This document shows positions 42,155 through 52,244 of a DNA stretch of 64,000 nt, in pieces (the stretch's first letter is position 1; every line of letters begins with the position of its first letter). The notes beneath the pieces were generated by a model, which did no database searches, had not been told where the DNA came from, and worked only from the letters and a program-made list of their open reading frames with translations. The stretch is from an uncultured delta proteobacterium (GTDB lineage: Bacteria; Myxococcota_A; Polyangia; Polyangiales; Polyangiaceae), in contig CAWJCS010000005.1 of the NCBI GenBank assembly GCA_963841435.1, positions 768,001-832,000 of the forward strand. The letters run 5' to 3'. The position numbers and the translations under genes were made by a program.

Positions 42155-42175
42155 TAGTAACGCGCCGCGTTACTA
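42155..42175. promoter_or_regulatory. Palindromic operator of higBA
   Basis: Perfect 10-bp inverted repeat TAGTAACGCG-C-CGCGTTACTA immediately upstream of higB. Confidence 0.7.
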
Positions 42176-42374
42176 CTCGCAAGGGCCCTACCCGAACGCC
42201 CGCCGCCGAGCACCTGCGAGTGACCGGCGAGTGGAGGCAGCACAGTCTGCGCCGCACCCCGCGCATCGCGCAGTTCGTGCAGGCTCGAATCGGGCCGGAG
42301 CGGAAACAAGGCGGGCGGCTTGCGCGCCGAGGCCGAAAACGGTGCGCGGCACGCGGTTTGCGAGGCGGTGGGGC

Positions 42375-45104
42375 ATGACGCGGAAGCTGGTGTATCGGTT
42401 CGAGGTCGGGAACGCCGAGGGGCGCAGCGAGTGGCGGGCGGTGCTCGGCGGAAAGGGCGCGAATCTCGCGGAGATGGCCAATCTCGGCATCCCCGTCCCG
42501 CCGGGGTTCACCATCACGACGGAGGTCTGCATCGACTACCTCAAGGTCGGCGACTTTCCCGAGGGCTTGATGGACGCGGTGCAGGAGAGCATGCGCTGGC
42601 TCGAGGAGCGCACGGGGCGAACGTTCGGCGGCGCGGACAATCCGCTGCTCGTGAGCGTGCGCTCGGGCGCCGCGAGCTCGATGCCCGGCATGATGGATAC
42701 CATCCTCGATCTCGGGCTCAACGATCAGACCGTGATCGGCCTCGCCAAGCACAGCCAGTCGGAGCGCTTTGCGTTCGACGCCTACCGGCGCCTGCTCGGC
42801 ATGTTCGGTGACGTCGTGCTCGGGCTCGACTCGCAGCTGTTCGAAGACGCCCTGCACGGCGCGCGGCGCGCGGTTGCCGAGAAAAATGGCCTCGTGCTCC
42901 CTCACGACGACGAGCTGCTCGCGCGCGTCGTGCCGGATTCGATGCTGGGCGTGGCGGAGCTCGAGACGCTGGTGCGCGATTGCCAGGCCATCATCCTCAA
43001 GCACGCGGGGCGGCCGTTCCCGAAAAGCCCCGAGGAGCAGCTCGAAGCCGCCGTGCGGGCCGTCTTTCGGAGCTGGGACAACCCGCGGGCGAAGCTCTAC
43101 CGCAAGATGCACGGCATCGCTGAGGACGCCGGCACCGCCGTCAACATCCAGGCGATGGTGTTCGGCAACCTCGGGGACACGAGCGCCACAGGTGTGGCGT
43201 TCACGCGCGATCCGAGCACGGGTGAGCGACGCTTCTTCGGCGAGTGGCTGCCGAACGCGCAGGGCGAGGATGTCGTGGCCGGCACGCGCACGCCGCGTCC
43301 GCTGCAGCCGAATCCCCACACGCCCGGGCTCTCGCTCGCCGAGGCCATGCCCAAGCCCTTCGCCGAGCTGATGGAGCTGCAGGCCAAGCTCGAAAATCAC
43401 TTCCGCGACATGCAGGATATCGAGTTCACGATCGAAAACGGGCGCCTGTTCTTGCTCCAGACTCGCAACGGCAAGCGGTCGGCGCGTGCAGCGGTGCGTA
43501 TTGCCGTGGAGATGGTGGACGAGGGGCTCTTGCACCCGGACGAGGCGATCCTGCGCGTCGAGCCCGAGCGGCTGAGTGAGCTCCTCTTTCCGACCATCGA
43601 TCCGAAGGCCGACTCGAAGCCGCTCGCGCAGGGCATTGCCGCTTCGCCGGGCGCCGTCTGCGGCAAGGCGGTCTTCAACGCCGAGGACGCCGACGTTTAT
43701 GCCGAACGCGGCGAGGCCGTGATCCTCGTGCGCACGGAGACGTCGCCCGAGGATCTGCACGGCATGAAGGCGGCGAAGGGCATTCTGACGGCCCGCGGCG
43801 GGGCGACGAGCCATGCGGCGGTCGTCGCGCGCGGCATGGGCCGGCCCTGCGTCGCGGGCTGCTCGGCGCTGCACATCGACCATGCTGCCGGAACCGTCAA
43901 CGTGCACGCGAGCGACGGCACCGTCGTCGGCAGCTTCAAGCACGGCGACCTCGTCACGATCGACGGCTCGAGCGGCAACGTGTACCTCGGCGCCGTGCCC
44001 ACGGTGGAAGCGTCGCTCGACGAGGAGATGAAGACGCTGCTCAAGTGGACGGACCGCGTGAGCCGCATGCGCGTGCGCGCGAACGCCGACACGCCCGGCC
44101 AAGCCGAGCAGGCGCTCGGCTTCGGCGCCCAGGGCATCGGGCTCTGCCGCACCGAGCACATGTTCTTCAGCGACGAGCGCCTCATCGCCGTGCGTTCGAT
44201 GATCCTCGCGCGCGACGTGAGCGCGCGCGAAACCGCGCTCGCGAAGCTCCTGCCCTTCCAGACGGAGGATTTCGTGGGCCTGTTCCGCGTGATGCAGGGC
44301 AAGCCGGTCAACATCCGGCTGCTCGATCCGCCCCTTCACGAGTTCTTGCCCCGCGAGAAGCACCAGATCGCGGATCTTGCCGCGACCATGGGCGTCAGCA
44401 TCCTCGAGGTGGAGCGCAAGATTGCCTCGCTCGTCGAGTTCAACCCGATGCTCGGCCACCGCGGCGTGCGCATCGCCATCTCGTTCCCCGAAATCGCGGC
44501 CATGCAGGTGCGAGCCATCCTCACGGCCGCCTGCCGCGTCGAGAGCGAGGGCCTGCGCGTGCACCCGGAGATCATGGTGCCGCTCGCGTTCAGCGCCGGC
44601 GAGCTCAAGAAGATGCGCACGATCATCGATCGGGTCGCCGCGACCGTGTTCGAGGAGCAGGGACGCAAGATCGACTTCGAGGTCGGCACGATGATCGAGC
44701 TCCCGCGCGCCGCGCTGCTCGCCGACGAGCTCGCCGAAGAAGCCGAATTCTTCTCGTTCGGCACGAACGACCTCACCCAGACCACCCTCGGCATCTCGCG
44801 CGACGACGCGGGAAGCTTCCTCCCGGCGTACGTGGACCAGGGCATCCTGCCGGACGATCCGTTCGTCTCGCTCGACACGGCCGGCGTCGGCGAGCTCGTG
44901 CGCATCGCCGTCGAAAAGGGCAGAGTGGCGCGCCCCGACATCCACCTCGGCGTCTGCGGCGAGCACGGCGGCGATCCCAAATCGATCGACTTTTGCGAAC
45001 GCGTCGGCCTGAGCTACGTGTCGTGCTCGCCGTTCCGCGTGCCGGTGGCCCGCCTGGCGGCCGCGCAGGCGTCGCTCAGGCGCACGCGGCGCTACTGGCG
45101 GTGA
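42375..45104 (+). CDS. ppdK: Pyruvate, phosphate dikinase
   Basis: LGGKGANLAEM, SVRSGA..SMPGMMDT, GGATSHAAVVARG (phospho-His), GLCRTEHMF, SFGTNDLTQ, CGEHGGDP. Confidence 0.98.
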   Translation: MTRKLVYRFEVGNAEGRSEWRAVLGGKGANLAEMANLGIPVPPGFTITTEVCIDYLKVGDFPEGLMDAVQESMRWLEERTGRTFGGADNPLLVSVRSGAASSMPGMMDTILDLGLNDQTVIGLAKHSQSERFAFDAYRRLLGMFGDVVLGLDSQLFEDALHGARRAVAEKNGLVLPHDDELLARVVPDSMLGVAELETLVRDCQAIILKHAGRPFPKSPEEQLEAAVRAVFRSWDNPRAKLYRKMHGIAEDAGTAVNIQAMVFGNLGDTSATGVAFTRDPSTGERRFFGEWLPNAQGEDVVAGTRTPRPLQPNPHTPGLSLAEAMPKPFAELMELQAKLENHFRDMQDIEFTIENGRLFLLQTRNGKRSARAAVRIAVEMVDEGLLHPDEAILRVEPERLSELLFPTIDPKADSKPLAQGIAASPGAVCGKAVFNAEDADVYAERGEAVILVRTETSPEDLHGMKAAKGILTARGGATSHAAVVARGMGRPCVAGCSALHIDHAAGTVNVHASDGTVVGSFKHGDLVTIDGSSGNVYLGAVPTVEASLDEEMKTLLKWTDRVSRMRVRANADTPGQAEQALGFGAQGIGLCRTEHMFFSDERLIAVRSMILARDVSARETALAKLLPFQTEDFVGLFRVMQGKPVNIRLLDPPLHEFLPREKHQIADLAATMGVSILEVERKIASLVEFNPMLGHRGVRIAISFPEIAAMQVRAILTAACRVESEGLRVHPEIMVPLAFSAGELKKMRTIIDRVAATVFEEQGRKIDFEVGTMIELPRAALLADELAEEAEFFSFGTNDLTQTTLGISRDDAGSFLPAYVDQGILPDDPFVSLDTAGVGELVRIAVEKGRVARPDIHLGVCGEHGGDPKSIDFCERVGLSYVSCSPFRVPVARLAAAQASLRRTRRYWR

Positions 45105-45143
45105 GGTTTCAGGCGCGCGGCGACGCTGTCGCGCCGACCTGCC

Positions 45144-46256
45144 TCAATCGAGGCCGTGGTCCATGTTCATGCACTTGCGGACCTGCTCGAGCGTCGCGAT
45201 GCCTTCCTCCCGCGCTCGTTGCACTCCCCTTTTCAGCACGTCCTGCACGTAAGCCGGGTCTCCCGCGTAGCGCGCGCGGCGCTCTCGGATAGGCGCGAGG
45301 TGCGCGTTGAGCGCCTCGGTCAAAAGGGCCTTGAGCTTGCCACTGCCGCCGTCCCCGATGCGCTCGGCGATGGCCTCGGGCATGTCTCCGGTGCACAGGG
45401 CGGCGAGGCGCAGGAGGTTCGCGACCTCGGGTCGCTCGAGCGGATCATAGGTGATCTGCCGGTCCGCGTCGGTTTTCGCCCCTTTGATGGCTTTGGCGGT
45501 CTCCTCGGCGCTCATCTTCAGCATGATGGTGTTGCCGCGGCTCTTGCTCATCTTCTGGCCGTCGGTGCCGAGCACGACGGGCAAGTCACTGAGCAAGGCG
45601 TCCGGGATGGGAAAGACGGGCGCGGCCGGAGAGAAGCGCTCGTTGAAGCGCCGCGCGATCTTGCGGGTGAGCTCGAGGTGCGGGAGCTGATCGCGACCCA
45701 CGGGCACCACGTTGCCTTTGCAAAACAGGATGTCGGCGGCCTGGTGGATTGGGTACGTGTACATCAGCGCGTTCACTTGGCGAAGGCCGGCGGCCTTGAT
45801 CTCCTCCTTGACCGTCGGATTGCGGTCGAGCTCGGCGGTGGTCACGAGCGACATGAACGGAAGCAGCAACTGGTTGAGCTCGGGGACGTGGCTGTGGCTG
45901 AAGATGAACGTGCGCCCGTTCTCGGGGTCCAGGCCCGAAGCCAGGTAATCCAGGATCACCTCGTGCACGTTGGTGCCGACGGCGTCGGCCGTGTCTCGGT
46001 CGGTGAGCACCTGGTAGTCCGCAATGACGATGAACGTGGTCGCGCCCAGGCTCTGAATGCGCACGCGATTGGCCACGGTGCCGAACAAGTGGCCGATGTG
46101 CAGAGCTCCGGTCGGCCGCTCCCCCGTCAGAACCCGATACTTCAGCGGATTTTTTGGCAGGTCCGCCCACACGGCCTGACTGCGCCGGTGCGCTTCCTTG
46201 AACGTGGCTGACTCGAGCTCCACGTCTTCGGCTTTGACCTCGAACTTCTCTTCCAT
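45144..46256 (-). CDS. trpS: Tryptophan--tRNA ligase
   Basis: TGERPTGALHIGH, YPIHQAADIL, VPVGRDQLPH, KMSKS; alternative GTG start at 46268. Confidence 0.96.
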   Translation of the reverse strand: MEEKFEVKAEDVELESATFKEAHRRSQAVWADLPKNPLKYRVLTGERPTGALHIGHLFGTVANRVRIQSLGATTFIVIADYQVLTDRDTADAVGTNVHEVILDYLASGLDPENGRTFIFSHSHVPELNQLLLPFMSLVTTAELDRNPTVKEEIKAAGLRQVNALMYTYPIHQAADILFCKGNVVPVGRDQLPHLELTRKIARRFNERFSPAAPVFPIPDALLSDLPVVLGTDGQKMSKSRGNTIMLKMSAEETAKAIKGAKTDADRQITYDPLERPEVANLLRLAALCTGDMPEAIAERIGDGGSGKLKALLTEALNAHLAPIRERRARYAGDPAYVQDVLKRGVQRAREEGIATLEQVRKCMNMDHGLD

Positions 46257-46268
46257 GGGGCTGTTCAC

Positions 46269-48152
46269 TCAAGGCGGTAGCGTTGCTGAGTAGTGCGCCA
46301 CGTTCTCCAGATCGATGATGTTGATGGGAGACACGATCTCCGGCTCGACGCGCTCGCTGCGATTGAGGCCGCGCACGACCGTGCGCATGAGGATGCGGCC
46401 CATCTCGCCCGGATTGGTGTTGAGCGTCGCGGTGAGCACGCCGTCCCGGATCGCCTGACGCGCGGCCTGCGTGCCGTCGAGGCCGACCACGAAAATTTCA
46501 CCTCGGCGCCGGGCGGCCGCCACGGCATCGCTCGCGCCGAGCGCCATTTCGTCGTTGATGGCGAAGATCGCGTCGAGCGGTCGTTCCTGGAGCGCGCGCT
46601 CGACGACGCGGCGCGCCTTGTCACGCTCCCAATCTGCCTGCCGCGTCGCCACGATGCGGAGCTTCGGAAACGCGGCGATCTGCTCGCGGAAGCCGGCAAT
46701 CCGTTCGAGGGACGCATTGTCGTTGTGGCCCTTGAGGACGAGCACCGAGCCGCGCCCCCTGAGCAGGCGCGTCAGGTAGCGACCCACCTCGCGCCCGGCC
46801 TCCCGCTGTTGGTAGCCGATGTACGAGACCACCTTGGCACCCTCGACCTTGTGCGGCACGTTGAAGAAGAAGACCGGGACATGCGCCCTGTTGAGCTGAC
46901 GCACGATGGGCAAGACGTCGTCGGACTGCGGGGCCAGGGCGACGGCGCTCACACCGCCGCGCACGAGCGAGCGGCAAATGCGCGCGAGACCGGCATGGTC
47001 CGACTCCTTGTCGGGAGCGCGGGTGATGAGCTCGATGCCGCCCAGCTGCTCGATGACATCGCGCACACCCGCGAGGATATCGACGTAGTAGGAGCTCGTG
47101 AAGGCGGGTGGGCAGTAGGCGAAACGGATCGAGCGGCGCGAGCGGATGAGCGAAACGCCGACACGGTTGCGGCCTTCCTCCTTGGCGAGGTAGAGCGCCT
47201 GGTCGGCCCGTTTGACGAGCTCGGACGTGCTCTTCGCGTTCGCCGGCAGCCCCGCGACGCCCACGGAAACCGTGAGCTGCACGGAGGCCGACTCCGTGGC
47301 ACCGCGGAACGGCAGCGCGGCGATGGTGCTCCGGATGCGCTCGGCGAGCGGCAAGCTGCGGTGCGGCGAGACCTGCGGAAGCACGAGCACGAGCTCTTCG
47401 CCGCCGTAGCGAGCCGCCAGATCGTAGGTCCGAACGCTGCGCTTGAGCACGCCGGCGATCTCCTTGAGCGCGAGATCGCCGTTCGGGTGACCGTAGGTGT
47501 CGTTGTATCGCTTGAAGTGATCGATATCGATCATCATCAGGCTCACCGGGTAACCGAGCCGCTGGGCGCGAGCGACCTCCCTGGCGAGCGCTTCCTGAAA
47601 GTAGCGGTGGTTGTGGAGACCGGTGAGCCCGTCGAAGTTCGCGAAATCGGAGTAGACGGAAATTTTGTCGAGCTGGTCGGTCTGCTCGAGGAGCAAGACG
47701 AGCGCGGTGCGCGCCTGCTCGATGTCCTGGATGGCGGCGGCGTCGAAGCCACGGCCGCGGCGGGCGAGCACGAGCACCCCGAGCGGCCTGCCGGCCTTGT
47801 ACAAAGGAAACACGAGCAGCTTGTCGAGCTTCATCGCCCGAAGCTCGTCGGGAAGGGCGATGTCGAAGTCCTGATTCAGGGAAGAGACCGTGAACGCCTT
47901 CGCCGTGCGCAGGCACGCCGCGCGGTAGGGCTCGAGCGCATCGAAGAAGCTCCCGGCGTCCGGCGCCGTCAGCCCCGGGTGCGCGAGCAACGTCGCGCCG
48001 CGCTCCTCGTCGGCGAAGCGCGCCAGCAGCGCGGCGCGCGAGCGCGTCCGCTTGCACGAGAGCTCGACGAGCTTTTTTAGCGCATCGCTCGGATTCGCGA
48101 TGGAAAGCGCGAGACGCTCGACTTCCGACTGCAGCTTCTGGGCCGCCCGCAC
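46269..48152 (-). CDS. Diguanylate cyclase: GAF + GGDEF + C-terminal sugar-binding (RbsB/LacI-type) domain
   Basis: DGLTGLHN, DIDHFKRYND.YGH, RTYD I-site, RYGGEEL, ADQALY.AK..GRN; then ERIAGF, ADWER, INDEMALGA, VVGLDG; no TM. Confidence 0.9.
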   Translation of the reverse strand: MRAAQKLQSEVERLALSIANPSDALKKLVELSCKRTRSRAALLARFADEERGATLLAHPGLTAPDAGSFFDALEPYRAACLRTAKAFTVSSLNQDFDIALPDELRAMKLDKLLVFPLYKAGRPLGVLVLARRGRGFDAAAIQDIEQARTALVLLLEQTDQLDKISVYSDFANFDGLTGLHNHRYFQEALAREVARAQRLGYPVSLMMIDIDHFKRYNDTYGHPNGDLALKEIAGVLKRSVRTYDLAARYGGEELVLVLPQVSPHRSLPLAERIRSTIAALPFRGATESASVQLTVSVGVAGLPANAKSTSELVKRADQALYLAKEEGRNRVGVSLIRSRRSIRFAYCPPAFTSSYYVDILAGVRDVIEQLGGIELITRAPDKESDHAGLARICRSLVRGGVSAVALAPQSDDVLPIVRQLNRAHVPVFFFNVPHKVEGAKVVSYIGYQQREAGREVGRYLTRLLRGRGSVLVLKGHNDNASLERIAGFREQIAAFPKLRIVATRQADWERDKARRVVERALQERPLDAIFAINDEMALGASDAVAAARRRGEIFVVGLDGTQAARQAIRDGVLTATLNTNPGEMGRILMRTVVRGLNRSERVEPEIVSPINIIDLENVAHYSATLPP

Positions 48153-48265
48153 GTGAAATCTAAGTCACAAAACCCGGGACAACTCAAACGCCATCGGAGC
48201 CATCCCCCGCTTCCTCGCCGCGAAGAGCGGTGGAGGCTCGCGCCGGAAGCCGCATCGGATCTGAT

Positions 48266-49120
48266 TCACGCTGCTCGACCCAGGCGGAGCACCGCCGTGT
48301 AAGGGCGTTGGCCAGGGTTGCGCGGGTCTGCATCTGGCAACATCGCGAAAGGTCGCAAGAACCAAGGAACGCGCTTGAAGCGGGCTCCCTCTTTGAAGAG
48401 CGACCGAATATCGTGAATCGTCCAGCCTTGCTCTTCGAAAAAGGCGACGCCGTTTTCCGGCGCGAACTTCATCGGGGCGCTCGCCAACTGACGACCCGCG
48501 CCGCGCTGCATGCGAGTCAGGATCCCGGGGGAAGCCACCTCCGCGACCCACCAGCGCAACGTGTCACGAGCAAGCAGCTCCCGACTCAACGCTCGAACAA
48601 CGTCGGGGTCCAGGTAGATGAGCAGACCTTCGCTGATGACCAGGGCTCGCGCCGCGCTGCTCGACACCTCGTCGAACAACTGCCCACGCTTCGCCGCATC
48701 GGACAGGTCCATTTTTCGGACCTCGCGCTGGCACCTGGGCGATTGGCCCCGAACGACTCGCTCCTTGTGCTCGAGGATCTCGGGCAAGTCAACCTCGATC
48801 CAACGCAAGGATGAAGGCAGCTCCAACCGGAACGGCCGGGTATCCAGGCCTGCGGCCAGATTGACCACGCAGTCGCAGCCATCGGCGACGGATGCGTCGA
48901 TGTAGTCGTCCATGATCTTCGTCCGCGTGATGATGGGCCAGCCGTTGCCGAGCCCCCCGCGGCGTCTCATCATCTTCGCGATCTGCTCGCCCCTCTGGCC
49001 CGCCAAATCGGCGGCGAGAACATCGTGAAACAACGCATCCGGACGAGCGGACTCCCAAGCGCGGTACGCGGCGACCCAGTGGGCCGTATCGGAAACGTTA
49101 CGGATCGGCTCGTCGCTCAT
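48266..49120 (-). CDS. SAM-dependent methyltransferase (leucine carboxyl methyltransferase-like)
   Basis: DTAHWVAAYRAWES.RPDALF.D, LAAGLDTRP, EVDLP, SEGLLIYL. Confidence 0.9.
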   Translation of the reverse strand: MSDEPIRNVSDTAHWVAAYRAWESARPDALFHDVLAADLAGQRGEQIAKMMRRRGGLGNGWPIITRTKIMDDYIDASVADGCDCVVNLAAGLDTRPFRLELPSSLRWIEVDLPEILEHKERVVRGQSPRCQREVRKMDLSDAAKRGQLFDEVSSSAARALVISEGLLIYLDPDVVRALSRELLARDTLRWWVAEVASPGILTRMQRGAGRQLASAPMKFAPENGVAFFEEQGWTIHDIRSLFKEGARFKRVPWFLRPFAMLPDADPRNPGQRPYTAVLRLGRAA

Positions 49121-49184
49121 GCGCTGCGCGTACTACCGCTGGGCTTGCCCGCCAAGCGGGAGGCAACCTTGTCGAGGGGCGCTT

Positions 49185-49206
49185 CATGTGTAAGCTTCTA
49201 CACATG
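49185..49206. promoter_or_regulatory. Palindromic operator of vapBC overlapping the start codon
   Basis: CATGTGTA-AGCTTC-TACACATG, perfect 8-bp arms. Confidence 0.7.
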
Positions 49207-49404
49207 GCAACCAACCTCGCGATCGACGACAGGCTGCTGGAGGAGGCCCAAAAGGTCGGTGGGCACAGGACCAAGAAGGCCACCGTCACGGAAGCGTTGA
49301 CCGAGTACATCCAGCGTCGCCGGCAGCAGAAGATCCTCGGCATGTTCGGCAAGGTCACGGTTGATCCGACCTACGACTACAAGGCGCAACGGCGACGCAA
49401 GTGA
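49204..49404 (+). CDS. vapB: VapB antitoxin (DUF2191-type RHH)
   Basis: MATNLAIDDRLLEEA..GGHRTKKATVTEAL; 4-bp overlap with PIN gene. Confidence 0.9.
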   Translation: MATNLAIDDRLLEEAQKVGGHRTKKATVTEALTEYIQRRRQQKILGMFGKVTVDPTYDYKAQRRRK

Positions 49405-49820
49405 ACGTCATCGTCAACACGTCCGTTTGGTCGTTGGCACTACGTCGGGGCGCACCGCGGGGAACCGCCCCGGAACGCGAGCTGGTCGAGCTCGTCCGCG
49501 AGGGGCGCGTGCTCGTCGTGGGACCGGTCAGACAGGAGATCCTGTCGGGCGTTCGTGAGCCCGAACAGTTCAAAACGCTGCGAGATCGCCTGCGGGCCTT
49601 TCCCGACGTGGCGCTCGAGGCTCACGACTACGAAGAGGCTGCCGTCTGCTTCAACCGCTGTCGGTCGAAGGGAGTCCAGGGTTCGAACACGGACTTCCTG
49701 CTCTGCGCCGTGGCCCTGCGGCATGGCGCGGCGATCCTGACCACCGACAAGGATTTCGACCGCTTCGCCCGCATCCTCCGACTCGACCTGCACCAGCCAA
49801 GACCGGGGCTAAGCGCCTAG
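49401..49820 (+). CDS. vapC: VapC PIN-domain toxin
   Basis: VIV(N)TSVW, QEILSG, TDFLLCA, TTDKDF. Confidence 0.9.
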   Translation: MNVIVNTSVWSLALRRGAPRGTAPERELVELVREGRVLVVGPVRQEILSGVREPEQFKTLRDRLRAFPDVALEAHDYEEAAVCFNRCRSKGVQGSNTDFLLCAVALRHGAAILTTDKDFDRFARILRLDLHQPRPGLSA

Positions 49821-50434
49821 TGCACCGCTGGGTTCTGCCAGCGCTCCTCGGGCTTGCCGGCTGTTCCGCGCCTGCGCCGCGTGAGCTCGATCCGGAGCGC
49901 GTGCTCGCCGACCAACCCCTGCAACGCCCAGACGGCACGCCGCTCGCCGCCTTCCCAACCAGCATCTTCGGGCTCGCGTTGGGTCGGAGCGAGTTTCAGC
50001 TGTCGGGCGACTGCGAGGCGGCCGGTGGGCGACTGCCGGCGAGTCTCGAGACAGCGTACGGACCTCCACCCGAGCCCTCGCCGTGGACTTGCCTCGACCT
50101 CCCCGCAAGCGGGCTCGGCTCCGGGCGATTTCGGCGCGCCGGCGCACGGTTCTGCGATCACCGTTCCTGCGAGCTGGTGTTCGCGGGCGTCCCCATGAGC
50201 TCGGCCATGGCGCTCGGCCCTCTCATCGCCAAATACGGGCCACCGATCGAACGCGACCCGCGCACGCCGTGCCCGCAGCAATACGGCTACGACATCGTGC
50301 ACGAGCAGTCGACCGTCGCGTGGACGTGGCGCGATGCCGGGAAGGTCCGCGCCACGATCGTGCTCACTGAGACGTGCGCGGAGGCGACGCTGACCTACAC
50401 GGAGGTCGCGCGCACTCATGCCACGCTGCGCTAG
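49820..50434 (+). CDS. Hypothetical lipoprotein
   Basis: Lipobox LAGC; several Cys. Confidence 0.6.
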   Translation: MHRWVLPALLGLAGCSAPAPRELDPERVLADQPLQRPDGTPLAAFPTSIFGLALGRSEFQLSGDCEAAGGRLPASLETAYGPPPEPSPWTCLDLPASGLGSGRFRRAGARFCDHRSCELVFAGVPMSSAMALGPLIAKYGPPIERDPRTPCPQQYGYDIVHEQSTVAWTWRDAGKVRATIVLTETCAEATLTYTEVARTHATLR

Positions 50435-51438
50435 GGCGTCGCGGGCGGCATGGCGACGACGATCTTGCCCTTCGCGCGGCCTTGTTCCTGGTACGCCATC
50501 GCGTCGAGCGTCTGATCGAAAGGGAACGTGCGGTCGAGGACGGGACGCAGCGCGCCCGCATCGTAGAGAGCGGCCAACGACTTTAGCTGCTCGCCGTTCG
50601 CCTCCATGAAGAAGAACGAGTAGCAGACGCCGAGCTTTCTCGCCTGCGCCCGCACCTTGCGGCTCATCAGCCACATCACGGGCTTCAAAAGTGGTCGGCC
50701 GACCTGGACGGCGAACGCAGCGTCCGGCGGGCCCTCGACGCTGATCGCCAGGCGGCCAGGCCCGAGCACGGTCAGCGACTTCTCGAGGTTCTCGCCACCC
50801 AGGGAGTCGAGCACGAAATCGTAGCCGGAGAGGAGCTGGGCGAAGTCCGTTTTCGTGAAGTCGAAGACCTCACTGGCACCGAAATCACGCACCTTCTGCT
50901 CGTCGCTGCCGCGTGCGGTCGTGGCCACGTGGGCGCCCAGGTGCTTGGCGAGCTGGATGACCGTCGAGCCCAGTCCGCCAGCGCCAGCGTGAACGAGCAC
51001 CTTGTGCCCCGTCTCGACGCGCGCACGCTCGACCAGCACCTGCCACGCGGTCAGCGCCACGAGCGGAACCGCTGCAGCCTCTTCCATCGTGAGTGAGCTC
51101 GGTTTGAGGGCAACGTCCGCCTGGTCGATGGCAAGAAACTCTGCGAAGGCCCCAATGCGCAGATCGCGCGGTCGGGCGTACACTTCGTCGCCGACCTGGA
51201 AGTCCCGCACGCCGGCCCCGACCCGTGTCACGACGCCTGCAACATCGTGTCCGAGCACGAACGGCGTCTCGTACGGAACGACCAGCTTCAGGTCTCCGTT
51301 CCGTACCTTCCTGTCCAACGGGTTGACGCCGGCAGCACACACCCGAACCAGCACATCGAGCGGCCCGACCGTGGGCTCCGGCACCTCGGCAGCGCGGAGG
51401 CCGCTCGGGCCATACTTCTCGACGACGAATGCCTTCAT
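50431..51438 (-). CDS. NADP-dependent oxidoreductase (MDR/quinone oxidoreductase family)
   Basis: AAGVNPLD, LGHDVAG, HAGAGGLG, GRAKGKIVV. Confidence 0.93.
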   Translation of the reverse strand: MKAFVVEKYGPSGLRAAEVPEPTVGPLDVLVRVCAAGVNPLDRKVRNGDLKLVVPYETPFVLGHDVAGVVTRVGAGVRDFQVGDEVYARPRDLRIGAFAEFLAIDQADVALKPSSLTMEEAAAVPLVALTAWQVLVERARVETGHKVLVHAGAGGLGSTVIQLAKHLGAHVATTARGSDEQKVRDFGASEVFDFTKTDFAQLLSGYDFVLDSLGGENLEKSLTVLGPGRLAISVEGPPDAAFAVQVGRPLLKPVMWLMSRKVRAQARKLGVCYSFFFMEANGEQLKSLAALYDAGALRPVLDRTFPFDQTLDAMAYQEQGRAKGKIVVAMPPATP

Positions 51439-51588
51439 CACGGGACCGGCCGTTCTACGATACCACCGCCGCGAGCACGCAAAGGCGCTCAGAGCTTCGA
51501 GAACGAGTTGCGTGCGCACAACCGACGTTGGTGTCGAGGTCGTGGCCTTCCAACGTGCAATCTCCCATCACACCGACTTCTTGCAGAT

Positions 51589-52116
51589 TCAGTCTTCGGC
51601 CCGTACGGGGACCGGACAGTCGCACTCCTTGCAATGGGAGGCGCCAAAGTTCACGTGCGCGCCGCACGCGGGGCACGCATCTGGCGAGCTCGCGGGGGAC
51701 GTAGCGGCGGACGGCCACCTTGACCGTTGCGGCGTCGGTCCGCCGCGCCCGACTATCGCGAGCGATACGACGAAGGTGACCAAAATGATCGGGAGCGCGT
51801 AGAGCGGGATGAAGAGCAGCGCGATGGGGTTCTGCGGATCGGCCGCGAGGTCAACGCCCGCATGAGCAACACCGACGAAGCCGAGACCAGCCACCGTGGG
51901 CAGCAGAATCGCCCGCGGCGAACGGGCCAGGAAGCTTAGCCCAAAGAGCGTTCCCCACGCGACGATGTTGAAGGACTGGATGAGCGCAAACCCACCGAGC
52001 CCCGCGGAGGTGTACGACCGCACCCAAGACATGCCGTGAACGAGCGTTCCCGGGATCCTCGCGACGTACGGCAAGAACAGGCCACCAACGGCAATGGCCA
52101 GGCGCATGCGAAGCAT
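51589..52116 (-). CDS. Four-TM membrane protein with C-terminal zinc-ribbon motif
   Basis: Four hydrophobic segments; CPACG...CKECD. Confidence 0.6.
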   Translation of the reverse strand: MLRMRLAIAVGGLFLPYVARIPGTLVHGMSWVRSYTSAGLGGFALIQSFNIVAWGTLFGLSFLARSPRAILLPTVAGLGFVGVAHAGVDLAADPQNPIALLFIPLYALPIILVTFVVSLAIVGRGGPTPQRSRWPSAATSPASSPDACPACGAHVNFGASHCKECDCPVPVRAED

Positions 52117-52244
52117 GGCTTCGGCATCCCGCAAGGTGCGCTGCTCGCGAAGATGGTCCGCGTGTCAACTCACTCGCTCGTCGCACGAACCTACAGGCGT
52201 TCGGCTAGGGACGCCAGAGAAGCGCCACGAGCGGTTCGCTTCGG

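Noticed and set aside
42144-44966. 940-aa antisense ORF over ppdK (likewise 4451..7027, 46293..48080 and other long shadow ORFs)
   Set aside because: Expected stop-poor shadow frames of high-GC3 genes; no recognisable motifs
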